DNA of 64,000 nucleotides, taken from positions 142,166,001 to 142,230,000 of the forward strand of contig NC_042999.1 in assembly GCF_006345805.1 (NCBI RefSeq). Reading direction: 5' to 3'. Shown here one piece after another: positions 13,970-26,219 of the stretch. A program made the translations under genes and the position numbers. Position 1 is the first letter of the stretch. The number at the start of each line of letters is the position of its first letter. The notes beneath the pieces are model-generated. The model was not told where the DNA came from. It ran no database searches and saw nothing but the letters and a program-made list of their open reading frames with translations. Origin of the DNA: Octopus sinensis. Lineage: Eukaryota.

Positions 13970-14158
13970 ATCGCTTCTCGGCCTTTTGGCTAAGATCAAA
14001 GTGTAGTATCTGTTCTTATCAGCTTAATATCTGATATGGTCCCTATTTGGGGCCATCGATATTAAACTGATTTTTAGAACGAGGCGAAGTGTTAGGGGCT
14101 TGCTCCGCCTTTGCCACGGGTTGGCCTGGTATTGCAGTGCTTCCAGGATTCAGCCCAT
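13970..14158 (+). ncRNA. U2: U2 spliceosomal snRNA
   Basis: Canonical 5' ATCGCTTCTCGGCCTTTTGGCTAAGATC, branch-point pairing GTGTAGTA, stem IIa TATCAG/CTGATA, stem IIb GGTCCC/GGGGCC, Sm-like ATTTTTAG, stem IV CCTGG-TATTGCAGT...-CCAGG; full length, no poly(A) tail. Confidence 0.97.
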
Positions 14159-14414
14159 CTCCCACCCGGGAGATACAAATAAATAATAATGTCAGATACG
14201 TTCTAACAGCCCCTTTTTTTTCTTTCATCATCTCCGCGGCCTTTCCATCAGTTGTGCTTGCTAAATACCTTCCGCTCCGCCAGTGTATGAGTATGTGTCT
14301 GCTGTTTACTTACACGCGGCAAATGAATTTAGCTCAAATGCTGGGATTTCATTGGTTAAAATTCGAAGAATTAAACTACGTAAAAGTTACAAAAAACTAG
14401 TTGAAATTAATGTT

Positions 14415-14579
14415 TTCTTTTGACACATTCTACCAGTATACGAAGTTTCAAATTATTTAGTTAAGTAGAAATTCTGTCCATCTTTTAGAAAAGATCCCAT
14501 TCTACCAGTATACGAAGTTTAAAAGTGTTTAGTTAACTAGAAATTGTGTTGAAAACTGCCGTTCAAAAGGAAAAGATCC
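14415..14579 (+). mobile_element. Two tandem partial copies of the foldback arm
   Basis: CATTCTACCAGTATACGAAGTTT at ~14424 and ~14499, ending AAGATCC at 14579; another fragment at ~7972. Confidence 0.8.
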
Positions 14580-15552
14580 GCGATATTACCGGGGAAGAAA
14601 TTTCTGGTGGCGAAATTACCGAGCACCTGAAAACCTATCTAAACTGGGAAGTTTTAATTTTGATCTTAACGCTTACACCTTTATCTTATGCATATTTAAA
14701 AAAAAAAAAAACCTTTTCAGCGGCCGGTTTTAAATTTGAATGTGGGTGAAATTTGGCTGGAGAGAAAAGTATTCTTCAGCCTGATATCGAAAAGGTCAGT
14801 AGGGAGTAAATAAAAATGTTTGTCTTAGGTGTGCTGATTTGCATAATTAGTAGAGAAGCGGGCAAAACGTCCGGCAGTATTTAGTTGCTCACTTTATGTT
14901 CTGAGTTACAAATGCTGCTAGTGGGCTTGCCTTTCATCCTTGTTGCCTCTCATCCTTGGCTTGATAATATAAAGTATTGGAGTAGGTTTTACCGACCATT
15001 CCTCCGCACCACGAACGTGATAGAAATTAGCATTAAAGTATCGGCATCAACTGAAAAGTATCACGTTTCATAACTAACTCCTCCTTTTTCAATTCTCTCT
15101 CTTTCCCTCACTTTCTTGTCTTTCCTCTTGATAGTAAAGGAAAAAAATGATAGAGAGACTCATTTTCTGCTAATGAGAGAAAAAAAAATAGAGAAAGCTT
15201 ATTTCTATAGCTTGGAAGCTGCTAACAAAACAAAGTAACAGCAGTAGTTTGACATAAACGTCTCTGAACAAGTGCGATGTTATTTGATGTATAATTCTTT
15301 GAAGTTACTAACACAAACAAATATTATACATGCATTTATGAAAGACTTATAAGAAAAGTTTGGCTAGTACCTTCTATTTAAAAGTATACTATGTAATTTC
15401 AGTCGCCTAACATCTAAATATAATGAACTAGTATTTCAATTGAACTAATATTATAATTGACCTAACCATATACATTCATATTCTATGGAGCGTATTTTGA
15501 CTGTTACAGTTAGTACACACGATAACACTACTCTGTCTCTGTCTGTCTCTCT

Positions 15553-15618
<66 letters not shown>

Positions 15619-15954
15619 GTATATAAACGATTTATTTTTCTTCATGTAAGAAAAGCATTGGCCGGAAGCTCTTTATGACATTTTCACATCATACGGGTGT
15701 CACTCGTACAGCCATTTCTATTGTCAGATTCAATTATTTTCTAATTAGTTTTATTTTGTCACAGGCAATCTAGAAGCGGTACTATTTTCCGAGACCGTAA
15801 CTGGATTTTAATTCTCGTTTGGCCAGAGTTTGTAGAGGCATGAATGTCATCGTATCTTATTCTACTCTTCTTTAAAATATAGAACTTTTGTAACAATTCG
15901 AAAGAAACCGGTGTAATTTATGCGAGAGGCAATTCCTGATACTTAGGTATATAA

Positions 15955-17056
15955 TGTTGCGGAATCCCCCCGTCGTCGCCCGTCCCGAACGGCTCACACA
16001 AGTTCCGCCACGGAGCCCAAGGGGGCGGAGAGAGGAGATACAGATAGATACTGCCACAACCTCAACAGCACAGAGATACAGAGGCACAACCCGAGATACA
16101 ACCCAAAGAGAGGCAAGGCAACTGGCTACACTATATTCAAACAACAGTTTATACGACAATTACATTTGTTACAACATCAAGATACATCAAAGCATGCACG
16201 TGACTACTCAATACATAATACAACAGCATTTCAAGAGTACAACTCAAAGCATAATACAACATCATGTAACAATTCAAGAGTACACGTCCCAAGACAACAG
16301 TTCTTTAAAGTCTCTTCCTAAACATCATAATCAACAAGTCCTTTACTCTTCTTCTTCACAATGTCCTTTATCGACCACATCGACAGAGTCCTTGACTGTT
16401 CTTTTCACTGTTACCTGTACACCGTGACACATATCAATGCACAAACACATTCCTCAATTCCTAATTGAATCTGCCAGTGTCCCATTCCTCTCAATACTGC
16501 TAATTCCTCTGAATACTGCTAATTCCCTTCTGTGCCGCCAAGCTCTCTCGCATCCAACTTGCTCCTAAGAATTCCAACGCTTGCTCCTTAAATCCAAGGT
16601 CCGTCTGTCTTCTTCGAGGACCGGCCAGCGACTCCAAGATCCGTCTGTGTTCCTCGACGACCGCTCAACGACTGCCCTTCTTGACGACCAACTACCAACT
16701 ACCAGACCTCACTTCGTCTCTGTCCTTCTTCCACTCCCCTCATCTCCCTCTGTCTATATCGCTCTTGCCCTTTCTAACTGCCCTGGTCCTTATACCCTAT
16801 CTATATCGCCTGCTGTCTCTTAGCCTCTCCATCCGTCCCCTACTGCTTATACCCTATCTCTATTTGCTCTCAGCCCTTAATCTGTCCCTTTGTCTTTCAC
16901 ATTCTCACTGACCCTCTTATCAACCACACGAGGTCACAGGTCATTCCAAAACCCATCAGTCCTCCATTGGACAAAGAACCCGTCACATTTCACCAGACAT
17001 CATGGTGCCATTATTCCTATGTGGGTCACCAGAAATGCACCTAGCCAACCGTAACA
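15955..17056. mobile_element. Solo LTR (probably Gypsy-type)
   Basis: Termini TGTTGCGG...CCGTAACA (TG..CA, near-perfect inverted ends) with a 4-bp TSD ATAA at 15951-15954 and 17057-17060; no internal coding region. Confidence 0.8.
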
Positions 17057-18284
17057 ATAACTTTAAAAATTAAATCCATAATTGACGTAGGATGAATATA
17101 GCATACACGAATCCTCTTTCAGCTTTAGTTCATAAAATCAGATTTGTTACTTTCATTTGTCTTAGGTTTGTATTACATACCAGATTTGAATATTAAACTC
17201 AACTTTTTCTTAAGCCCCCCCCCCCCATTCGTTTTCTTAGGCCGATCGAAGCTTTGACATGCGGCTCCCGAGGTAATATTGGGTTTAAGCGCTAATTTTC
17301 CCAAAACAAGTTTAAAATCCTACTAGCCGGATTTTAAAGTACTGACTGCAAGAATGAAGACACGACAACAGTCTTCAACGAGCAGAGATTAATCTGTTTT
17401 AGTGAGTAAAATTGTTGCGATCTATTTTCTATGAATATGATTTCTAAAAATATGACACAACACTTGATCATTAAAAGAATCCCGGATAAAAGAAGTCACG
17501 GGGTTTTTGTTCGGGGCGGTGAAGAGGGGGGGGTATGTCCTAGGGGAGTTTTGTTCGGATACCGTAAATTAATTGTGACTTTTTCCCTAGCCAAAATTGT
17601 GACTTTATTACCGGTCACCCATTAAAAATACCATGCGTGGCTCTTATCAAACAATTGGCCCACCCTTGCCATAAAGGACTAAACTTTCAACCAAATGTCA
17701 GTGATTCTTATCTACCGTTCTCTGCGCTTGACTTATGACCAAGAAATTTATTTTCAACTTCCTAGTGTATTTACAAAGCTCTAATTGTTTATCACTTCAT
17801 ACTACAGCAATGTATATGGCAGAGCAAGATACAGTTTACGAATGATTCGTTAGCTTCTAGTGCTGAGTTCTACGCTTCGAGTAAGGATGATAAATACGAA
17901 ATCTTTGACGATGTGTGTAGAACCTATAGCGTTTTAGGACTTTTTGTTATCAGAAATAGGAACAAGTCTCTAACAAATAGAAATAGCAGTCAAATCTAGT
18001 GCAAATCACATATTACAGTTTTATATAAAGAGCAACACACAAGGACACTGGAACACATTTGATAATGTCTAAAAAGATAAAGGCTAAAGTCGGAATACAG
18101 AAATGCTCTTACAAGGGAAGTATTAATACTTATATAGAATGTGAGGTGGTGTTTATGTGTGTATGTAGGTGTGTGTGCGCCCGTCTCTCTGTCTGTGTGT
18201 GCGCGCGCGTGCATGAAATATTCTCGAAGTTCATGGAATAATCTAATTCTAGAATAGTAATTTAACAAGCACTCTTTAATTACA

Positions 18285-18470
18285 ATGCTGCTCCCCCTCT
18301 TTACAGCGATGAACCGTACCTGCGTCACAGTATCTGCGTGACACAAAATGAAAGTTGAATGCCTTATTGATAGGTAGTGTGCAACGCCGTTGGTGGGTTT
18401 TGAACTATGAACTCTCCAGCTGGTATTTATGGCACAAACCAACTAGATCAATTAAAATTCTCTAAAAGTC
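18285..18470 (-). mobile_element. SINE-like repeat (family 3)
   Basis: Homologous to ~41035-41225 (TTACAGC.ATGA.CCGTACCTG...GGTAGTGTGC.ACGCCGTTGGTG...GGTATTTATG); B-box-like GTTCAAAACC on the minus strand. Confidence 0.55.
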
Positions 18471-18499
18471 ACTTGTCGAAATACACTCTTCCAGAACTG

Positions 18500-19672
<1,173 letters not shown>

Positions 19673-19992
19673 GTGTGTGTCTGTGTATCTTAAGTTAATT
19701 CATCCTTAGTCGAAAGACACCTGTTATTATGTCCTGTTATTTGCATTTGTATCTGTGTAACATTCTCCGTTTTTTCCGTCCTTGTTTTTGTATACATTCG
19801 CTGCTTTCTTCCAAGGAATCTAATGCTCTTAGCTTAGTTTTTCCCTGGGGCTGGCCAGATTAGAACAATCTCGAGTATAACCAACCGAAATTGTATCGTC
19901 TATCTGGATATTTTGTTGTCCCTTTTTTGTATCACCTAACTGTCTGGATGTTTTTCGTTCTTGTCCCATTTTTGTATTTTATATATATATAA

Positions 19993-20132
19993 GGTGTGAC
20001 ACCTTGGGCAAGTGTCTTCTACTATAGCCTCGGGCCAAACAAAGCCTTGTGAGTAGATTTGGTAGACAGAAACTAAAAGAAGCCCGTCGTATACACACAC
20101 ACACACATATATATATGTGTATATGTATATAT

Positions 20133-20188
<56 letters not shown>

Positions 20189-20220
20189 ATATTATATATA
20201 TATTTATATACTCTTTTACT

Positions 20221-20271
<51 letters not shown>

Positions 20272-20480
20272 TATATACATATATTTGTTTTGTGTTTGTC
20301 ACCCCACCATCGCTTGACAACCGATGTTGGTGTATTTACATCCCCATAGCCTAGTGGTTCGGCAAGAGACCGATAGATTAAGTACTAGGCTTACAAAGAA
20401 TAAATCCTGAGGCCGATTTGTTCGGCTAAATGTGGTGCTCCAGCATGACCGCAGCCAAATGACTGAAACATGTAAAAGAG

Positions 20481-20482
<2 letters not shown>
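19993..20482 (+). mobile_element. SINE family 1, 5'-truncated, with expanded internal (TA)n
   Basis: CACCTTGGGCAAGTGTCTTC...; tail GTGGTGCTCCAGCATGACCGCAGCCAAATGACTGAAAC. Confidence 0.85.
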
Positions 20483-20512
<30 letters not shown>

Positions 20513-21142
20513 TATATATATATAGATATATATATATATACACGAATTGTTTACAGGCCATCGCCATTGTTGTGGATCTACAATATCACTGAAAGGGGTG
20601 TCAGGTTATTAGATACTTTGATTTTTATCTAAAACTTGCAAATTCATTGTTTAAATGTAATTCGTAATAATCTTGTTCTCTACTCTGAAGTGTTTTCACG
20701 GAAAATTGACAATATCCGCCATCACTTAACTTTTTAATTTCTGTCGGTTATTATACTTGAGAATATAAGAGGCTCACCTTAATCCTAACTTTAAGTGTAA
20801 CTCTGACACCATAACTGTTTGTGTATTAAAAGGCATCTTTAAAACATCCATGTAACTAAGTTATAATAAAATCCTAAGTGGTTTTCATTTTCTTTCTAAG
20901 TGTCGAAGGGTAACTTAATGGCTGTGCTAGGGAAATAGGGGACAGAACAGCAAAGATATAATAATGGTGTCAAATTCTGGTACAAGGCCAGCAGTCATAG
21001 GATATTGAGTAAGTTTATTACAGTGCTCAACTGGTACTTCTTTAACTGTACCAATAACATTGGAATGAAATTCGGTGAGTCTAACTGTACATTTTGACAG
21101 TAAAATGTGTAAAAGTTGTGCCCTCTCCTAAAAATCTAAAAA

Positions 21143-22310
21143 ATGAACGGCTTGACAATGCAACCTCTACAGTTAGGTGACAATTATAGGTATCTTGGAC
21201 AAGATGAAAATGTAAGATATGGTACACTCATAAATAAGGCGAGAACCAGGAATGAATACCTCTGGAGAGTAAAGAGAATATGGTCATCAGAACTCTCAGC
21301 TTACAACAAGCATATTGCCCACACTTTTTTTAGGGCTTATTCTCACGCCTACATTTGGCCTTCTGAACTGGTCAGTACAAGAACTCAGTGAAATAGATGT
21401 TCGAACTCTCAAGCTGATCAGTGTTACAGGAAATTTCAGACATCAATGGAGATGTAGACAGACTATACTTAGCATGTAAGGATGGTGGCCATGGTCTCAA
21501 ATCTGTATTGATATCATGTGAAACACGTATTGTGACACCCGGACAACATCAGTAGCAAAAGAAAGAGATCTGAAATTCTCTTGCCCGAGTTTGACAATGA
21601 AATCAGCAACATAATTAGAAGACTAAAGAGCATTGGTAAAATCTATCTATGAGAAGATATAAAAAATGGACCACTGACAGTACATGGTACTTGAAACGAA
21701 AAACACAAACCATTGAAGGGATTGATGATATCAAAATTTTATCATGAAGTACCGACAAATTTATGACATCTCACTTCGAAGGCTACCTCCATGCAATTCA
21801 AGAACAAAAGATCCCCCCACCACCAAATATCTACAACATAAGTATGATGAGGTGGCCAAAACAATCTGGATCAGGAGAACAAAAAAGAAAACACCTACAG
21901 ACGAAGCTGACTATATTGAGACCGATGAGTCAAAAGTATATTAGTAGAATTTAAAAATTAAAACCACCAAGTTAAAAAACAACTGGCCAGATATTGTTGT
22001 GTGGGACCACAAGGAAAATATATGTTCTATTGCGGAAATCGGCTGTCCTCTGGACATCAGTGTGGATAGAAAAACAGAAGAGAAAGAGGACATCTATGAA
22101 TCATTGACAAAGAGTTTGAAAACCCAGTACCCAAGATACATTTTCAGCTTCGTACCCAACACACGAAGCAAGATACATACCAACTCATCTGGAGAAAAGT
22201 ATGGCTGAACTTGGGACTTCCGGAGAAAACGCAAATCTTTAATCCATACACTACAAACGATCACGGGTCAATAAAAATCAGCAAACCTTCTTAAGATATA
22301 AAGTGTGATA
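21143..22310 (+). mobile_element. R4/Dong-like non-LTR retrotransposon remnant
   Basis: YRYLGQDEN...RVKRIWSSELSAYNK (RT thumb region), FEGYLHAIQEQ, and PDIVVWDHKENICSIAEIGCPLD...K..EK...Y (PD-(D/E)xK restriction-like endonuclease). Confidence 0.8.
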
Positions 22311-22394
22311 AGAAAAATAAGATGCTTTCCTTCACAACCTTGCTACCAAGCAGGCGACCGGTCAAAATTTATTTCAGATTAAAAAGCTAAAGAG

Positions 22395-22660
22395 AACATG
22401 CATACATGCATGCATACATACATACATACATACATACATACATACATACATACATACATACATACATACATACATACATGCATGCATACATACATACATA
22501 CATACATACATACATACATACATACATACATACATACATGCATACATACATACATACATACATACATACATACATGCATACGTACATACATGCATACGTA
22601 CATACATGCATACGTACATACATACATACATACATACATACATACACACACACATACATA
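22395..22660. repeat. (CATA)n tetranucleotide microsatellite
   Basis: Directly visible. Confidence 0.98.
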
Positions 22661-22734
22661 TACACACCTACCCATCCATCCATCTCTCTCTCTCTCTCTC
22701 TCTCTCCCTCTCTCTCTAAATATATATATAGCAT

Positions 22735-22995
22735 AGTCGGCATCCGTCGGTCTCGAGAGACCATGGATCTGTGCCCGAAGGAATTGTGTCAGCTGTGGCT
22801 GTACAGGCCCACATGGGAGTGGCAGTCAAGCATACAGCGATTACATTTGAAGGAGCTTTCTGCTGGCGCTACTGGTTTTTCTTTCCGTCGAGTGCACTTT
22901 TCTTTGATGGCGAGTTCTTGTTTTTCTTCCTTTCGCAGAATTTGTCTCCAGTTGGACGATCGTGTGCGACCTCCTCCCATTTCTTGTGAATTCAC
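22735..22995 (-). mobile_element. RTE (BovB-like) LINE 3' fragment
   Basis: WRQ...EK..RRK...FKCNRCMLDCHSHVGLYSHS followed by VSRDRRMP, typical of an RTE C-terminal C2H2 and 3' end. Confidence 0.75.
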
Positions 22996-23245
22996 AACAA
23001 GAATTCACAACTACTTCGAATACACAACTGTAAGAGAGAGAGAGAGGGGCGAGGGAGAAACAAGGAAAATGCTCCTTGTATTTGAATGCTATGAAAATAT
23101 TAAATAAAAAACTTTTCATTTAATTTTCCCACAATATAATTGTTTTCCATACTTCGTGTTGAAAAAGTCTCAATGACTGAAACCGGTATTAAAATGTTTT
23201 TCAGGATAAAATTATTTTAGCATTTTGTGCCTTGACTTATTTTCC

Positions 23246-23349
<104 letters not shown>

Positions 23350-23597
23350 TTGCGTGTGTGTGTATGTGTGTGTGTGTATGCATGCACTTCCGTGACAAAG
23401 CTAACTGAAACGAGACTTCGAAGTCACTCTCAACTTATCTTGCAAAAATAAATGTGATACTCTATTTAAGTATAGAGTGATTGTACAATTAATACCTAAT
23501 TGTTTTTATATATAACTGTTCATAAGAACAAGTATACATACACACATATATACATACATGCAAACATACATTCAGTCATACATATATGACCGAGCCA

Positions 23598-23635
<38 letters not shown>

Positions 23636-23652
23636 GTACATATATATACGTA

Positions 23653-23778
23653 TAGGCGCAGGCGTGGCTGTATGGTTCTGGGTTCAGTCCCACTATGTGA
23701 CACCTTGGGCAAGTGTCTTCTATTAAAGCCTTGTGAGTGCATTTGGTAGATGGAAACTGAAAGAAGCCCGTCGTATAT
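23653..23778 (+). mobile_element. SINE family 1, 5' part
   Basis: TAGGCGCAGGCGTGGCTG...GGGTTCAGTCCC...GAAGCCCGTCGT. Confidence 0.85.
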
Positions 23779-23779
23779 A

Positions 23780-24142
23780 CTCTTACTCTTGCACCGCCTT
23801 CAGTCGAGCAAATCGACCCCAGGACTTATTCTTTGTAAGCCTAGTACTTATTCTATCGGTCTCTTTTGCCGAACCGCTAAGTTACGGGGACGTAAACACA
23901 CCAGCATTGGTTGTCAAGCGATGTTGGGGGACAAACACAGACACACAAACATATATACACACACACACATATATATACGACAGGCTTCTTTCAGTTTCCG
24001 TCTACCAAATCCACTCACAAGGCTTTGGTCGGCCCGAGGCTATAGTAGACGACACTTGCCCAAGGTGCCACGCAGTGGGACTGAACCCGGAACTATGTGG
24101 TTGGTAAGCAAGCTACTTACCACACAGCTACTCCTACGCCTA
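23780..24142 (-). mobile_element. SINE family 1
   Basis: Near-identical to 1510-1932; inverted relative to the 23653 copy. Confidence 0.9.
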
Positions 24143-24359
24143 TATATATATATATATAGATATATATATATATATGCATATATTTATGTATATGTACACA
24201 CACAGACACACACAGACACAACACACAACACACACACACACACACACACACACACCACACACACACACACACACAACACACACACACACACACACACACA
24301 TCATATATATATACTATATATATAATAATATATATATATATATATTATATGCATATATG

Positions 24360-25205
24360 GGTACAGGATGTCACAAACCGTAAACAACATGAAATACGAA
24401 AACAACAGAGTTGAATACATAAACAACGAGAGAAACAAAGGGAAAACAGGACAAGTAACATAAAGAACGACCCTTCATCAGTTGTCGGCTGTCCATCTAC
24501 TCCTCATTTCGAGCATTGAACAGCAATATGAGTCTTCGAAAGGCAGTTGCTTCCGCAAATGAAAATAAAGTTTGGGATTTGCGGAAGGTCAAAGTTGGTA
24601 TCAAAAACAGGACAGTGGAAACATACAAGGAAACCGAACGAAAACAAACATGGAGGGTCGTTAGACCAGACGAAGGTAAAATAGTGGAAGCTGCAGAAAT
24701 ATTCTCTTTGACAAGAAGAAATATAGAAGAGAGAGACAGATGGGATACGTGCAGTCTCTACGACAACCGTGAAGGAAAAGAAAGATCATCACGTGAGGAA
24801 AAGAAAGATGGATGATGGTCACGTATAATCAACGAGAGAAAAAATGAAAGGAGAAAGGGAAGGAGAGAGAGAGAGAGAGAGAGAGAAAACGGTGAAGGGG
24901 AGAAAAAAGGAATTAGAGAAAGGACGAGAGAAAGCGATAGGGGGCGAGAGAGAACAGTAAAGGATAAAGTTGCATCAAAAATATTAAGATAAACTTGCTT
25001 GGAAATGGATGCGCGGCGTTCAATCAAATAATAATATAAATAATATATATGCATACATATATGTATATGTACACGCATGCACACACACATATATATATAT
25101 GCATATATGAGTACAGAACTCACAAACCGTATACATGAAACGCGAAAACAAAACGAGAGAAACGAAGGGAAAACAGGACAAGTAACATAAAGAACGACCC
25201 TTCAT
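24360..25205. mobile_element. Element with direct terminal repeats (~100 bp), possibly PLE-derived
   Basis: CACAAACCGTA...GGGAAAACAGGACAAGTAACATAAAGAACGACCCTTCATCA at ~24370-24480 and ~25120-25205. Confidence 0.5.
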
Positions 25206-25346
25206 CATCATCATATATATGCATACAGATATACACACATATATACATTATGTACATATATATAATTTTACATCATAAATTCTCTGTCTATCTTGCTCCC
25301 CTCTCTTTCTCTGTCATCTGTTTTTCTTTATGTATGTACGTTGTGT

Positions 25347-25394
<48 letters not shown>

Positions 25395-25603
25395 TATATA
25401 TATATTATATATATATATATATATAATAGTAATAATAAATATTAGGGAATGAATCCACAATTACCGGAAATCAGATTTAGGGTTAAATCCAATTTTATAG
25501 TAAAATATTATATAATATAATTCGAGACAAAACCACTATTTTAAAACCAAACAAGGAAAGACTTAATCAATACATAAAATTTTAATATACATTAAATAAA
25601 CCG

Positions 25604-25647
25604 CCACTACAAATGTTTCATGTCTGCTACCGACAATCTTCAGGTGG
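25604..25647 (-). ncRNA. Type I hammerhead ribozyme motif (A')
   Basis: Reverse complement is identical over 44 nt to 28768-28811. Confidence 0.75.
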
Positions 25648-26219
25648 ATTTTCGATCTAAAAATATCAATATTTTAAAATATAATTTAAAATAATTTAAA
25701 ATAATAAAATAAAAAATTATCAATGAAAGAATATAAAAAAAATAAAAATATAATCTATATATAATCTATATATATCTATATATAATCAATATATAATCTA
25801 AAATAATCTAAAATAAACCCTATAAACAATTGAATATAAAACCTATTAAAAAGTTCTCATATTTAAAAATGTACAAAAACCAAAAAACAACAACAAAAAA
25901 CAAAAAACAAAACAACAAAAAACCAAAAAACAAAAAACAAAAACAAAAAACAAAAAATAAACTATATATACACACACATGCTCATACACTCAACACATTA
26001 CTTATTCATACTTCCTCACACACACATACAACACTCAATTCATAAACAATATACATATACCCGCTCACACATACATATACATACACATACATACAGAACA
26101 CGATATATACCAATATTATAACACCCACACCCATCACAGATAAAATAAATTACGCAAACAATCACACACACACACACACACATTCACACATACATAAACA
26201 CTCAAAAGAAAGCCGAACA

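Noticed and set aside
13958-13970. CGGTCAAAATTTA shared with ~22359-22371
   Set aside because: A 13-mer match is expected by chance in 64 kb of AT-rich DNA, and no RNA gene follows the second copy.
13994-14008. Extra A in U2 GATCAAAGTG relative to human GATCAAGTG
   Set aside because: The AAA form is present in Drosophila-type invertebrate U2, so it is not a lesion.
15954-16427. 157-aa ORF
   Set aside because: It lies wholly inside the solo LTR, is low complexity and has no recognisable domain.
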